From: Candidatus Doudnabacteria bacterium
GTDB lineage: Bacteria; Patescibacteriota; Doudnabacteria; UBA920
Direction: 5' to 3'
NCBI GenBank assembly: GCA_016788665.1
Contig: JAEUSF010000001.1
Location: forward strand, 48,222 to 112,221
DNA length: 64,000 nucleotides
The translations under genes and the position numbers were made by a program. Below the pieces are notes generated by a model. That model was not told where the DNA came from. It did no database searches and worked only from the letters and a program-made list of their open reading frames with translations. This document shows, one piece after another, positions 27,660 to 37,595 of this stretch; position 1 is the stretch's first letter; the number at the start of each line of letters is the position of its first letter.

Positions 27660-27745
27660 AAAAAGATTATATCAAAATAAATAACATACTTAAACTTATT
27701 TTACCTAAGCAATAAAAAATTCCTGGTATGTCCAGGAATTTTTTA

Positions 27746-27831
27746 TGGTGCCCGAGGAGGGACTCGAACCCTCAAGCCGTGAAGGCACACGCACCTCAAG
27801 CGTGCGCGTATACCAATTCCGCCACCCGGGC
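27746..27831 (-). tRNA. tRNA-Leu, anticodon GAG, long variable arm
   Basis: GCCCGGG...CACGC-TTGAGGT-GCGTG-GCCTTCACGGCT-TGAGG-GTTCGAGT-CCCTC-CTCGGGC-A-CCA. Confidence 0.85.
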
Positions 27832-27898
27832 TAAGCTATTTATTTTTTAACCTGCTTATTATAATATATCTATATAAATAAATCTAGACTAAAAATAC

Positions 27899-28471
27899 AT
27901 GTATATACCAGTTATATTAGGTTCTGTTAGAGAAGGCAGAAGAAGTATTGACCCTGCTAAGTTAATGGTAGAGAGGATTAAGGCAATGGGGCACGAGTCA
28001 GTCTTGGTTGATTTCAAAGAAATGCCACTGCCTTTTTTTGACTCGGCTGTGGTTCCAGTGGCAATGAAGGGTGTGTATCCAAACGAAAATGCTCAAAAGT
28101 GGAGCGGTATAGCTCTTAAGGCAGACGCGTTTGTTTTAGTTGTTTCTGAATATAACCACGGATATAGTGCGGTTTTAAAAAACGCATTAGATTGGCTGTA
28201 TATGGAGTTTTCTAAAAAGCCTTTTGGCATGGTAGGCGTTTCGGACGGTAAGTTTGGAGCCATGAGGGCAATGGAACAACTCAGGTCGGTTATAGAGAAT
28301 TTTGGAGCGTTTGCTATAAGGGAAGTTGTACCCTTTGGGCCGGTTCAAGACGCATTCGACCAAAGCGGAAAACTTATAGACGAGTCCTATAACAAAAAAA
28401 TTGAAGGCTTGTTAACCAATTTGGTTGAGTTTGCAGGAGCAATGAAGCCAATAAGACCGAACTTAAATTAA
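27899..28471 (+). CDS. NAD(P)H-dependent FMN reductase family oxidoreductase
   Basis: MYIPVILGSVREGRRS... flavodoxin-like fold typical of SsuE/ArsH-type reductases. Confidence 0.75.
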   Translation: MYIPVILGSVREGRRSIDPAKLMVERIKAMGHESVLVDFKEMPLPFFDSAVVPVAMKGVYPNENAQKWSGIALKADAFVLVVSEYNHGYSAVLKNALDWLYMEFSKKPFGMVGVSDGKFGAMRAMEQLRSVIENFGAFAIREVVPFGPVQDAFDQSGKLIDESYNKKIEGLLTNLVEFAGAMKPIRPNLN

Positions 28472-28545
28472 AAATGCAAAATTCAGAATGCAAAATGGTA
28501 GGTGCTCTGTTATACATTTTGCATTTTTAATTTGTAATTTTGCAT

Positions 28546-29550
28546 TTAAATAACTTTCCACTTCCCCACTTCGTCTTTTACAAGTTTTCCTGCTACAGAA
28601 AAACCCGCAGCCAGCTTGTGTCCACCCCCTCCAAATATTCTTGCTACTTCTGAAACATCTATCCCCTTTTGTAGTTCGCTTCTCAGGCTTCCTTTTATTA
28701 CTCCGCCATCTTGTTTTAAAAACATGGCGAATTTGGCCTCAGGAACTGCGTTCAAGGTTTCTACAAAGCCTTCAAAGGCGTTTTGAGGAAGGCTAGAGTC
28801 AAGTTTTTTTATATCATCCTCTGCCATAATCGAATAGATGATTTTAGTTTTTTCATCGTAATAGGTATTTTTTAAAGCATTCCCCCAGGCTGCAAAGCTC
28901 TTTGGGGTTTTGTTTTTGTACGTATTTTTTATTATTAGACTTAGGTTGGCTCCGCGGCTTAAGAGTTCTCCCGCTGCTTTGAGCGTTGAGCTTTGCGTAT
29001 TACTGTGCCTGAAAGATCCTGTGTCGGTTATAATGCCGGTTAAAAGACAAGTGGAAATATCTTTGGTAATTTCCCAGTCGCAAAATTTAAAAAAATCATA
29101 AACCAATTCGGCAACGGAAGATTTTTTAGCGTCAACCATGTTTATATGACCGAAGAGTTTGTTGTCGTGGTGGTGATCTATGTTTATAAAGGGCAGGTTT
29201 AGTTCTAAAATATTTAGACTTCCGCAGCGTTTTTTTTCTCCGCAGCCGCATGCAATAACTAAGTCGAAATTCTCATGCTCAATATCGTCCTTGATTGTAT
29301 GACTGCCTGGCATAAATTGCAAAGACTCCGGGACGCCTTTTTTTATAGCGCATTCCACCCGCTTTCCCATTTTTTCCAGTTGCAGCTTAAGTGCCAGGAC
29401 GCTTCCCCCGTCGTCCCCGTCCATGTGCTCGTGCATGGTAAGTAAAACGGAGCTAGTGGCTTCCATTGCTTGTTTCGCTTTGTTAAATTGTTCAAGTATG
29501 TTTAAAGACATAGTAAAAATTTCAAATACCAAATTTAACATTTCAAACAA
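28546..29550 (-). CDS. nrnA: DHH/DHHA1 phosphoesterase, NrnA-like nanoRNase/pAp phosphatase
   Basis: DHH motif (INIDHHHDN), DHHA1 GGGH (FGGGGHKLAAGF). The N-terminal 13 aa of the ORF-track call are encoded by an intergenic repeat; an alternative start is ATG 29509-29511 (MSLNILEQ...). Confidence 0.8.
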   Translation of the reverse strand: MFEMLNLVFEIFTMSLNILEQFNKAKQAMEATSSVLLTMHEHMDGDDGGSVLALKLQLEKMGKRVECAIKKGVPESLQFMPGSHTIKDDIEHENFDLVIACGCGEKKRCGSLNILELNLPFINIDHHHDNKLFGHINMVDAKKSSVAELVYDFFKFCDWEITKDISTCLLTGIITDTGSFRHSNTQSSTLKAAGELLSRGANLSLIIKNTYKNKTPKSFAAWGNALKNTYYDEKTKIIYSIMAEDDIKKLDSSLPQNAFEGFVETLNAVPEAKFAMFLKQDGGVIKGSLRSELQKGIDVSEVARIFGGGGHKLAAGFSVAGKLVKDEVGKWKVI

Positions 29551-29611
29551 AATGCAAATGCCAAAGTATAATTCAAATACTAGGAATTAATTTGAGATTT
29601 GTAATTTGAAA

Positions 29612-29968
29612 TTACTTTTCTTCCTCGTGAATTTTTCGAATAAGCTTGTCCACGTGTTCTACATATCTGGGGCTGGTGTCGAGGTGAAAGCTTATGCGTG
29701 GAAATATTTTGGTGTTCATGGAGCCGTTTAGGCGGCCTTGAATTTCAAATATATTATTTTCCAAAATTTTTAAAATGTGGGCGTCGTCCCCGCCAAGTAT
29801 GGAGACCCATATTTTTGCCCATTTCATGTCTTTGCTAGTTTCAACTTTGGAAATAGTAAGAAGCCCATTTTCGCCTTGGAGGGTTTCGTGCAGGACTGGG
29901 CCAAGTACGTGTTCTATGAGCGAGTTAACTTTAGCTATACGGTTTGCTGGCTTTTGTAATTTTTTCAT
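29612..29968 (-). CDS. rbfA: ribosome-binding factor A
   Basis: 118 aa, KH-like RbfA sequence immediately downstream of infB (conserved infB-rbfA order). Confidence 0.85.
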   Translation of the reverse strand: MKKLQKPANRIAKVNSLIEHVLGPVLHETLQGENGLLTISKVETSKDMKWAKIWVSILGGDDAHILKILENNIFEIQGRLNGSMNTKIFPRISFHLDTSPRYVEHVDKLIRKIHEEEK

Positions 29969-30091
29969 AAAATTATTTTAACATTGACTACGTATTCTAC
30001 ATAAATTTTTTCGTTTTAGCAAGGCTAATAAAAAACCCGCCCTTAGGGTAAAAGAACGGATTTTTTTTATAGACTCAATCGCTTTTGTACT

Positions 30092-32020
30092 TTACAAAGT
30101 TTTAAGTTTTATTTTTTCTTCGTAAGCCTCTATAACGTCGCCCTCTTCTATTTTTACTTGGGTTTTAAGTTTGGTTCCGAATTCTTCACCCATATGTACA
30201 TTTTTAGCGGCGGCTTTGTTATGCTGTAGTTCTTCTATTTCGGCTTTGCCTATTTCAGCGCCGTCTCGGTAAATTGTGATTTTGGAAACTTTGGTTAGCT
30301 GTCCTTCTTCTACTCTTCCGCCAATTATAATTTGCCCTTTTTCTCTTCGGAAAATTGCCAGTATTTTGGCTTTGCCCATAATTATTTTTTCAGTTTCTGG
30401 GGTAAAGAGTTTTATGACCGCACTGGTAACATCTTCTATGAGTTCGTATATGACTTCGTAAGTGTCTATAATTACGTTTTTTTGTTTAGCCAAGTTTTCT
30501 GCACGAGGACTTATTTTATTTCTAAAGTTTAGAACGGCAGCTTTTCCGTTGGTTGCGGTCATTATGTCGTTTTCGCTTATTTCGCCGACCCCTTCTGACA
30601 AAATATTTATTTTAACTTCGTCGTTTTTTAGTTTGGCAATAGATTGTTTTATGGCTTCTAGGCTTCCTGCTACATCTGCCTTTAAAACTAAATTTAAAGA
30701 TTTTGTCTTTATGTCGCCTTGTATTTGGCTTTTTGACTGAAGCTTGTGACTTTGAAGTTTACGTTTTGTTATGACAGCTATTTGCTTGGCTTCGTCTAAG
30801 CTGGACAGGGACTGTACAATGTCCCCTGCCTGAGGAACTTCGGAAAGACCTGAAATTTGAGCTGGGGTGGAAGGAGTGGCTTCTTTAAGTCTTCGGCCTG
30901 TTTCGTCTTCCAGTGAGCGTATGCGTCCGAAAGCAGCTCCGGCAGAGACAATGTCTCCAACTTTAAGTGTGCCGTTTTGTATTATAACTGAAGCAGTAGC
31001 GCCTTTACCCTGTGTAAGTTTAGATTCAATAACTGTACCAATGGTTTTGCCTGAAGGGTTGGCGGTAAAATTTTCAACTTCTGCTGTGAGCAATATCATT
31101 TCGAGTAAGTTGTCTATACCTTTGTTTTGTTTGGCAGAAATTTCAACTGCTATGGTTTTGCCTCCCCATTCTTCGGTTAGAACCCCTGCTCCCGCGAGCT
31201 CCTGTTTTGCTCTCATAACATTGGCGTCTGGTTTGTCGACTTTGTTTATGGCGACTATCATCGGAGTGTTCGAAAACTTGGCGCGGTTTATGACTTCTAG
31301 TGTCTGAGGTCTTACTCCGTCGTCTGCTGCTATAACTAAAACAATTATGTCGGTAACATTGGCACCTCTGGCCCGCATTTCCGAAAAAGCTTCGTGACCT
31401 GGCGTGTCTAAAAAGGTTATTTGTTTACCATTGTGTTTTATTTGGTAAGCGCCAATGTGTTGGGTTATTCCGCCGCTTTCACCGTCTGCTACTTTTGTTT
31501 TTCTTATGGTGTCCAAAAGGGTAGTTTTTCCGTGGTCAACATGGCCCATTATTGCAACAATTGGAGGACGGGATTTTAAGTTGGCCTGTAATTCGGTTTT
31601 TAAAACCTCGTGTAAAAAACCAATTCCAAAATGTTGTTGTGTGTTATCGGCTTGGCTGCTAACTTCAAAACCCAAATCTTGTGCGACTATGCTGGCGGTG
31701 TCGAAATCAATCTCTTCGTTTATGGTAGCCATTACGCCATTTTTTATTAACTCCTTTATAACGTCGACGACGGGGATGTTAAGTGAAACGGCAAAATCCC
31801 TAACTTTTATAAAAGTTGGGAGCTTGATGGTTTTAACCGAAACAGTTTCTTCTGGTGCCGCTGCTTTTTTTACTATTCCAAGCGCGTCGGCAATTTTTTT
31901 TGCAAGCGCATTGTCTATTTTGTTAGCTCTGGGCGATATAAAAAAACCTTTCTCTTTTGCTTTCACGCGGAGGTCTTGTATGGAAATATTTAATTGGGAC
32001 GAAAGCGAAGAGAGGTCCAT
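30092..32020 (-). CDS. infB: translation initiation factor IF-2
   Basis: GTPase motifs ([21 protein letters not shown]) and C-terminal IF2 beta-barrel domains. Confidence 0.95.
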   Translation of the reverse strand: MDLSSLSSQLNISIQDLRVKAKEKGFFISPRANKIDNALAKKIADALGIVKKAAAPEETVSVKTIKLPTFIKVRDFAVSLNIPVVDVIKELIKNGVMATINEEIDFDTASIVAQDLGFEVSSQADNTQQHFGIGFLHEVLKTELQANLKSRPPIVAIMGHVDHGKTTLLDTIRKTKVADGESGGITQHIGAYQIKHNGKQITFLDTPGHEAFSEMRARGANVTDIIVLVIAADDGVRPQTLEVINRAKFSNTPMIVAINKVDKPDANVMRAKQELAGAGVLTEEWGGKTIAVEISAKQNKGIDNLLEMILLTAEVENFTANPSGKTIGTVIESKLTQGKGATASVIIQNGTLKVGDIVSAGAAFGRIRSLEDETGRRLKEATPSTPAQISGLSEVPQAGDIVQSLSSLDEAKQIAVITKRKLQSHKLQSKSQIQGDIKTKSLNLVLKADVAGSLEAIKQSIAKLKNDEVKINILSEGVGEISENDIMTATNGKAAVLNFRNKISPRAENLAKQKNVIIDTYEVIYELIEDVTSAVIKLFTPETEKIIMGKAKILAIFRREKGQIIIGGRVEEGQLTKVSKITIYRDGAEIGKAEIEELQHNKAAAKNVHMGEEFGTKLKTQVKIEEGDVIEAYEEKIKLKTL

Positions 32021-32143
32021 TTAGTTAAATGCAAAATTATAAATGCGAAATGCAGAGTGAAATTTCTATAACTTGTTTACAGTATCATAAAAGTATAATA
32101 AAATCAAGTATTTTTGCATAAAAAAAACCGCTTGAATTTTACT

Positions 32144-33568
32144 TCAGGCGGGTTGCGCTTTTGCGATTTTAATTAGATGCCCAACAGGAGTTGGGTACTG
32201 ACGGGTGTAACACGCATAGCAGTACCTTGTATCTTGTCCGTCGTTAACCGCCGTTTGGAGTTTTTCCAAAGGGAGATAACCCAAGCTATTTGCTCCCAGG
32301 AATTTTCGCGTTTCGTCCAGCGACATGCGGTTTGCAATAAGTTTGCTTTCGCTCGGGGTGTCTACTCCGTAGAAGCACGAACCTGTGGTGGGCGGGCACG
32401 AAATACGGACGTGCACTTCGGTAGCACCGCTTTCTCGAACCATACCTACTATTTTTGCCAGCGTGGTGCCGCGCACAATTGAGTCGTCGACCAGGACAAC
32501 TCTTTTGCCTTTAAGGAGTTGATGTACCGGGTTAAACTTGTTTTGTACTTGTTCGTCGCGGTAACGCTCGTCTCCTTCAATGAATGTCCTGCCAACGTAG
32601 TGGTTTCGGATGATTCCTCTAACTAAAGGAATCCTGGATTCCATGGAGTAGCCTTCTGCAGCCGCAATGCCTGAGTCGGGCACGGCGACCACAGCGTCGG
32701 CTTCCACAGTGTGGGTTTGGGCTAGGAAGCGGCCCATGGTTTGGCGGTCCTGCATTACAAACCGTCCAAACACGACTGAGTCGGGTCTGGAAAAGTACAC
32801 GTGCTCGAAGACGCAACGCGACTCTGGGGCGGGGCCTCCATACGAGTCTGAAGAACTCGTGTTGTGAGAGGAAAAAAATATCTCACCAGGCTGAATTTCC
32901 CGCACGTACTTAGCGCCAAGATGGTCTAGGGCGCAGGTTTCCGAGGCAATGACTTGGAAAGTTCGCCTCCCGTTGTCAAAGCCTACTCCCAAGACTAGTG
33001 GTTTAAAACCGTGTTTGTCTCGGATGGCGTAGACGCCTTCGGTGGAAAGAATGACTAGCGCGAACGCTCCCTCGACTTCTAAGAGCGCCTCTTTTATTGC
33101 CGCGAGTAAATTGGGAGCTTTGGCATGAGCGATGAGCAGCAGTATGACTTCCGAGTCGCTCGTGCTTACCGGGGTTATGTCCCTGAGCGCTAAACGAACT
33201 CTCAGTTCGTCGGTGTTCGTAACGTTACCGTTGTGGGCCAATGCAATTGGCCCAAACCTTGACTCGAAGTAAAACGGCTGGGCGTTTAGAACTGCCTTGT
33301 CGCCACTTTTTTCGCCTTGGGTTGCGTAGCGGTTATGCCCAATTGCAAACTGGCCTTTAAGTTCCTTGGTTACGCTGGGAGTCAGGGCATTTCTAACCAA
33401 GCCGAGCCCTTTTTGGACTTTTATTTTTTCGTCCCCTAAGACGGCCACGCCGGCGGCTTCTTGGCCGCGGTGCTGCAGTTGAAACAGCCCGTCGGCAGCT
33501 ATTCTTCCGGCTTCCGGGTGTCCGCAGACACCCACAACTCCGCATTCTTCCTTGAACTTGTCGAACAT
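32144..33568 (-). CDS. purF: amidophosphoribosyltransferase
   Basis: N-terminal nucleophile Cys (ECGVVGV), class II amidotransferase domain, type I PRTase motif VVLVDDSIVRGTT, C-terminal Cys cluster. Confidence 0.85.
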   Translation of the reverse strand: MFDKFKEECGVVGVCGHPEAGRIAADGLFQLQHRGQEAAGVAVLGDEKIKVQKGLGLVRNALTPSVTKELKGQFAIGHNRYATQGEKSGDKAVLNAQPFYFESRFGPIALAHNGNVTNTDELRVRLALRDITPVSTSDSEVILLLIAHAKAPNLLAAIKEALLEVEGAFALVILSTEGVYAIRDKHGFKPLVLGVGFDNGRRTFQVIASETCALDHLGAKYVREIQPGEIFFSSHNTSSSDSYGGPAPESRCVFEHVYFSRPDSVVFGRFVMQDRQTMGRFLAQTHTVEADAVVAVPDSGIAAAEGYSMESRIPLVRGIIRNHYVGRTFIEGDERYRDEQVQNKFNPVHQLLKGKRVVLVDDSIVRGTTLAKIVGMVRESGATEVHVRISCPPTTGSCFYGVDTPSESKLIANRMSLDETRKFLGANSLGYLPLEKLQTAVNDGQDTRYCYACYTRQYPTPVGHLIKIAKAQPA

Positions 33569-33595
33569 CTCTTTATCCCCCTCTGAGTTTTGGAA

Positions 33596-33720
33596 TACAA
33601 AAACCCCGCTACTTGCGGGGGCTTAAGAGGTTACACTGCGGCCTTGGACATAAGTCTTGGGCCGATGTGAAAATCTCATAGGCAGGCATTATAACAAAAG
33701 TTTAGTTTTAGGCAAAGTTT
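33596..33720 (-). promoter_or_regulatory. purF promoter (TTTGCC-17-TATAAT) and leader intrinsic terminator (candidate attenuator/riboswitch)
   Basis: Minus orientation: cTTTGCCtaaaactaaacttttgtTATAATg, then about a 115-nt leader ending gcccccgcaagtagcggggttttt, about 25 nt before the purF RBS GAGGGGGA. Confidence 0.55.
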
Positions 33721-33728
33721 TTTAAAGG

Positions 33729-34463
33729 TTAAAGCCTATTCCAAATAAAATTGAAAATGGATTGTAAACCGGCAGAAATTTCTTTGCTTCGGATTATTAC
33801 TCCCACCGGTTCGCTGTCTTCCCTGTATACAGCAAAAGAAACATTGTTGCCGTATATATTTATACCTAACGGCATGGAAAAAAACTTTTCTTCAACATTT
33901 TTTACTTCTCTTAGCTCATGCGTGTCGGATTTCATTTTAAAAATGCCGGCCGTTTTGGGACCGCTAATTAGCATTTTGAGAGGAATTTTTTTTCTCACTC
34001 TCGCCCATATGTAGTCTTTTTTTATGTACTTAGATATTTCGGGTTGTATTTTTTCTATGCCAACAATTTCTAGAATTGGCTCCCCTTGTTCAATGTGGTC
34101 TTGGTAAACTTTTTTTATTCCCTCTATGCCTTCATATAGGGAAATTTTGGGTCGCGATTTTGCCGTGAGCATTAAAGATTGCAGAAGTGGAATTTGGTTT
34201 TGTAAGGCTTCAAGCTCCAACTTTTTTGCCTCCAAAAACTTTTGCGGGTCTTCGGGGACTAAAAATTGTCTCTTGCCTTTTATGCTTTTGGAAATTAGAC
34301 CCTTTTCAAACAGTTTGGGAATAACTTCGTAAAGGGTTGGTCTTTTAATACCCGCTTTTTCCGCCAGCTGTTTGTGGAGAGATTCTCCTAGTTCTAAGGC
34401 GGCCAGGTAAATTTGGCTTTCTGTTTTAGATAAGCCTAAGTTTTCAAGAATTTTTGAATTCAT
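33729..34463 (-). CDS. TrmB family transcriptional regulator
   Basis: N-terminal winged HTH (LGLSKTESQIYLAALELGESL...GIKRPTLYEVIPKLFEKGLI), TrmB-like C-terminal domain. Confidence 0.65.
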   Translation of the reverse strand: MNSKILENLGLSKTESQIYLAALELGESLHKQLAEKAGIKRPTLYEVIPKLFEKGLISKSIKGKRQFLVPEDPQKFLEAKKLELEALQNQIPLLQSLMLTAKSRPKISLYEGIEGIKKVYQDHIEQGEPILEIVGIEKIQPEISKYIKKDYIWARVRKKIPLKMLISGPKTAGIFKMKSDTHELREVKNVEEKFFSMPLGINIYGNNVSFAVYREDSEPVGVIIRSKEISAGLQSIFNFIWNRL

Positions 34464-34569
34464 GTAAAAAGTGTAGTATTTTTTGACACTTTTGTAAAGT
34501 AGAATGGCTAATTATCTGTTGGCAATACATAATTAGTCGTCACTAAGTGACGACGGAAAGGAGGATTTA

Positions 34570-34929
34570 ATGGTTTCGAATATCCCGATTCTTACAAATC
34601 CGCAAATGCCGGGTGTCAGTGTGTTGCCGTTCGGAACGGTTAGAGCTGGCCTGCCTCAAAGTGTTCTGGTTAGAATGGAGCCTTGTGCTGTTATCCCAGG
34701 ACATGTTCATGAAGTGGATGCAGAAATGTATCCCGTCAGCGGCTCAGCGTGCCTGATTGCAGACGATTCAAATTTCAGTGGGCGTCTGGTCTGTGTCGGG
34801 AACCAGGTCAAGTTTGCCGCCAGGCGACTTCACGGCTTTGTTGCCGGGCCCGAAGGTTTTTCTTTCGTGTCCGTTAACGGAGGGATTGTCGACGCAGAGC
34901 CTGGTCGTTGGGATATTACTTTCGTCTAG
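34570..34929 (+). CDS. cupin domain protein, GC-rich (probable HGT)
   Basis: Perfect RBS gaaAGGAGGatttaATG. A cupin His cluster (GHVHEVDAEMYPVSGSA). GC about 52% versus about 37% for neighbours. An own terminator (ccggcagagcataagcatctgccgg) follows at about 34944-34980. Confidence 0.6.
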   Translation: MVSNIPILTNPQMPGVSVLPFGTVRAGLPQSVLVRMEPCAVIPGHVHEVDAEMYPVSGSACLIADDSNFSGRLVCVGNQVKFAARRLHGFVAGPEGFSFVSVNGGIVDAEPGRWDITFV

Positions 34930-35032
34930 TCAATCTGTAACAAAAAAACCGGCAGAGCATAAGCATCTGCCGGTCATTTTATTATTTAAATTTGAATTCC
35001 GTGCTATCTGGATTTGTCTGTGCATTTACGAA

Positions 35033-35875
35033 CTAAAAGGTTCTATTTTTTCCAACAATCATTCTAAGCCTTTGGGGAATTATTTCTACTGTGGCCGGAA
35101 ATTTAGCAACTATGCGGCCCAGCATAGAAAGTGGTAGTCCGCGTGGTTCCAAAAATTCTATTTTCTTGCATTTTATAATTGTGGACTTGGGTACGTTTTC
35201 TAACACACCTTCCGCTATATCTTTTTTGTAGCGGAAAATCTCCATTTTGTTTAAAGGTTCCAAAATTAGAAGGTCCATATTGCTGTCCGTGGGGTTGGCT
35301 ATTTTTTGGTTTTTACTGGAAGTCGAGCGAATGTTTACGGCCAGTCCGCCTAAGGCTTCTAGGTCAATGGTATAAGAGTCATCTATTCTAACTTTTAAAC
35401 TCTTGGGTTCGCTAGAAAGAAGCTTGAGTCCTGACCAAAAACCTGTCGATTTTATATTTTGACTCATTACTCCAAATTCTAATGAAGAAATAAAGTAGTT
35501 ACCTGAGATTTTGCACAAATCTATTCGTTCAATGCGTCTGGCGGCTATGGTTTTTACAGCTCCCAGTAAGTCGCCTATGCCTAAAATTTTAGACAAAAAA
35601 GATTGGTCGTCTAAAGGTACGAAGCCTAAGGTGAAGTCGCGGCCCTTGAGGGCGGCTAGTAAAAGGTTAAAAGTATCGTCACTGCCACAGGCTACTAGAG
35701 TCTTGCAAGCTCTTTGGCTGGCAATTTCTACCAAGTCTTGAACCGACCTTAAGGGTGTCACGCGGGCTACTTCTCCTCCAATTTTAAATTCGGCTAAAAG
35801 ACCCGAAAGCTGAGTTTGAAGCCTTTCGAATTTTTCTATAGGTATATTGCCTTGGTCTAAAATATAGTAGTACAC
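35033..35875 (-). CDS. diacylglycerol kinase catalytic-domain family lipid kinase (YegS/BmrU-like)
   Basis: DAGK_cat-like N-terminus (LVACGSDDTFNLLLAAL; degenerate GGDGT). Confidence 0.55.
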   Translation of the reverse strand: MYYYILDQGNIPIEKFERLQTQLSGLLAEFKIGGEVARVTPLRSVQDLVEIASQRACKTLVACGSDDTFNLLLAALKGRDFTLGFVPLDDQSFLSKILGIGDLLGAVKTIAARRIERIDLCKISGNYFISSLEFGVMSQNIKSTGFWSGLKLLSSEPKSLKVRIDDSYTIDLEALGGLAVNIRSTSSKNQKIANPTDSNMDLLILEPLNKMEIFRYKKDIAEGVLENVPKSTIIKCKKIEFLEPRGLPLSMLGRIVAKFPATVEIIPQRLRMIVGKNRTF

Positions 35876-35964
35876 AAATAAATTTCAAATATCAAATGCC
35901 AAATTTCAAATAAATACTTGGCATGATTTTGAATTTGAAATTTGTAATTTGTAATTTTATATTA

Positions 35965-36363
35965 TTATTCCCCTTCTACTTCTGCCTGGGGGCTTTTTTT
36001 GCCATTGCCGTTACCATTGCTCCCCATGCTGCATTTGCCTGAAAATTGAGCTCCGTCTTCTACGCGCAAAATTTGGCAAGTAATATCGCCTGTTACTTTG
36101 GCTGTGCTTTGGAATACTAGGTGGCCTGAAATTTTTAAATTTCCCAATATTTCTCCGCCGATTACTCCATTGCCCGCTACTATATCGGCGCTAATTTTTG
36201 CTCCCTCGTTTACATAAACGCTCTGAGTAGTTTTTACCTTTCCTGCTACCTGTCCTTCTATTTTTATATTGCCTTCGCTATTTAAGTCGCCTTGAATTTT
36301 TACCGAAGGGCCTACGACGGTTTCTGCTGCGGCGTTTAAATTGTCGTCTAATGTGCTGTTCAT
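35965..36363 (-). CDS. bactofilin family cytoskeletal protein
   Basis: Repeated beta-helix pattern (IEGQVAGKVKT..VYVNEGAKISADIVAGNGVIGGEILGNLKISGHLV). Confidence 0.8.
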   Translation of the reverse strand: MNSTLDDNLNAAAETVVGPSVKIQGDLNSEGNIKIEGQVAGKVKTTQSVYVNEGAKISADIVAGNGVIGGEILGNLKISGHLVFQSTAKVTGDITCQILRVEDGAQFSGKCSMGSNGNGNGKKSPQAEVEGE

Positions 36364-36460
36364 AATAAATTCCTTATGGCTGCAAAAATACTAAATTCGC
36401 ATAATGCGGTACGAAAATAAAAATAGATTTCCGTATTTTTTTGTAGTTCAGGCAGCTTGT

Positions 36461-36961
36461 TTATTTACTAATCAAATTTTTATGGTGAGTATTGGCTCTT
36501 TCTATGGCTTGTAGTTCTTCTTGTGTTAGCTGTATGTCGCATTTACCTTCTGTTATTTGTTTGGCATAAATTCGGTTTTGTTCTCTTCCGTGAATTGAGG
36601 TTATAATCATGCCCGTGTTATGAGCGTCTAAGAGCGCTATTACAAAACTTAAATTTCCGCTTGCTCCGTCAAAAGGATTGAACTTTACTACCCCAGCTTT
36701 TTGAATTCCTAGCAGTTGGTCGTTTTTTAAATTTTTTATGCGGTTTTCTAAAATAAGTTGGTTGCTCTGAAGAGTGTGAAGGCCTTCGGTAAGTTCGTGA
36801 ATTACGGCTTCTAGGTCTTTTGAGGTGCTACCAGTAAAAAAAATTTTTCTAAGTGCGTTTAGGCTTCGGAGTTGCAAAAGTGACCAGGTTGCCAAACCCA
36901 GAGCCAGAATTCCAACAAATATTCCAATAAAACCAATATAATTTATGCCCATAGCCTGCAT
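36461..36961 (-). CDS. DUF4446-like membrane-anchored protein
   Basis: N-terminal TM and FNPFDGASGNLSFVIALLDAHNTGMIITSIHGR...IYAK resemble DUF4446. Confidence 0.45.
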   Translation of the reverse strand: MQAMGINYIGFIGIFVGILALGLATWSLLQLRSLNALRKIFFTGSTSKDLEAVIHELTEGLHTLQSNQLILENRIKNLKNDQLLGIQKAGVVKFNPFDGASGNLSFVIALLDAHNTGMIITSIHGREQNRIYAKQITEGKCDIQLTQEELQAIERANTHHKNLISK

Positions 36962-37042
36962 ATTGTAGCATTGACGCTGGTTGCTTTCAACTAAGCAAAA
37001 TGTTATTATTTATTGGAATTCTATTAAATGTAATAAACTTTT

Positions 37043-37240
37043 ATGTCTAATAAAAATACTTCCCAGTCTTTTAAAGCGGCAGGCTCCGAGCACGTAGCGG
37101 AATATGGCGTTATAAAGCACGATTTGGTCAAAGTTGTAATTCTGAATGCGGTTTATTTGGCAGCCATAGTGGCTTTGTATTTAAGTAACAAACAAAGCGG
37201 TTTCCTGGAAAAATGGTTTGCAAAAGTGTTTAATTTTTAA
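37043..37240 (+). CDS. small membrane protein (65 aa)
   Basis: Hydrophobic helix (VVILNAVYLAAIVALYL) and a dedicated terminator (aaagccagaactactaagggttctggtttttt) at 37247-37287. Confidence 0.35.
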   Translation: MSNKNTSQSFKAAGSEHVAEYGVIKHDLVKVVILNAVYLAAIVALYLSNKQSGFLEKWFAKVFNF

Positions 37241-37301
37241 ATATATAAAATAAAAGCCAGAACTACTAAGGGTTCTGGTTTTTTGTTTGGCGGCAGTGAG
37301 C

Positions 37302-37445
37302 TTATGTGTTGGCTTTGGTGGTGGTTTTTTCCTGCGCACACTTCGGGCACTTGGGCACTTTGCCAATATAACCTCGTATTTTCAGTCTCCCGTGCTTGGG
37401 GCAGCTAAATGTCCTTAGCCCTAGGTAGTTGTGAAGAGCCCGCAT
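37302..37445 (-). CDS. small zinc-ribbon protein (47 aa)
   Basis: Preferred start MRALHNYLG... is preceded by RBS aaaGGGGGGtccaaATG. CPxH...CPKC four-ligand zinc ribbon; the ORF-track N-terminal extension is rejected. Confidence 0.4.
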   Translation of the reverse strand: MRALHNYLGLRTFSCPKHGRLKIRGYIGKVPKCPKCAQEKTTTKANT

Positions 37446-37595
37446 TTGGACCCCCCTTTCTTTTGTTCCTGTCTGTAGTTTAGCAAAATTCAAAAAGGTG
37501 CAAAATAAAGGGTAAAAATTTGCATTTAATATAGTTGCGTGAAAATATTTTATTGCTATAATATATAGCATATACGCTATATTAAATATATCAAT

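Noticed and set aside
33569-33700. purF leader as a specific ZTP (pfl), purine or PRPP riboswitch
   Set aside because: I could not match the conserved cores of these classes by eye (for example UAUA...CCGUAAAU for purine, GGGUCGUGAC/CCGCCUGGGC for ZTP). Only the generic attenuator architecture is claimed.
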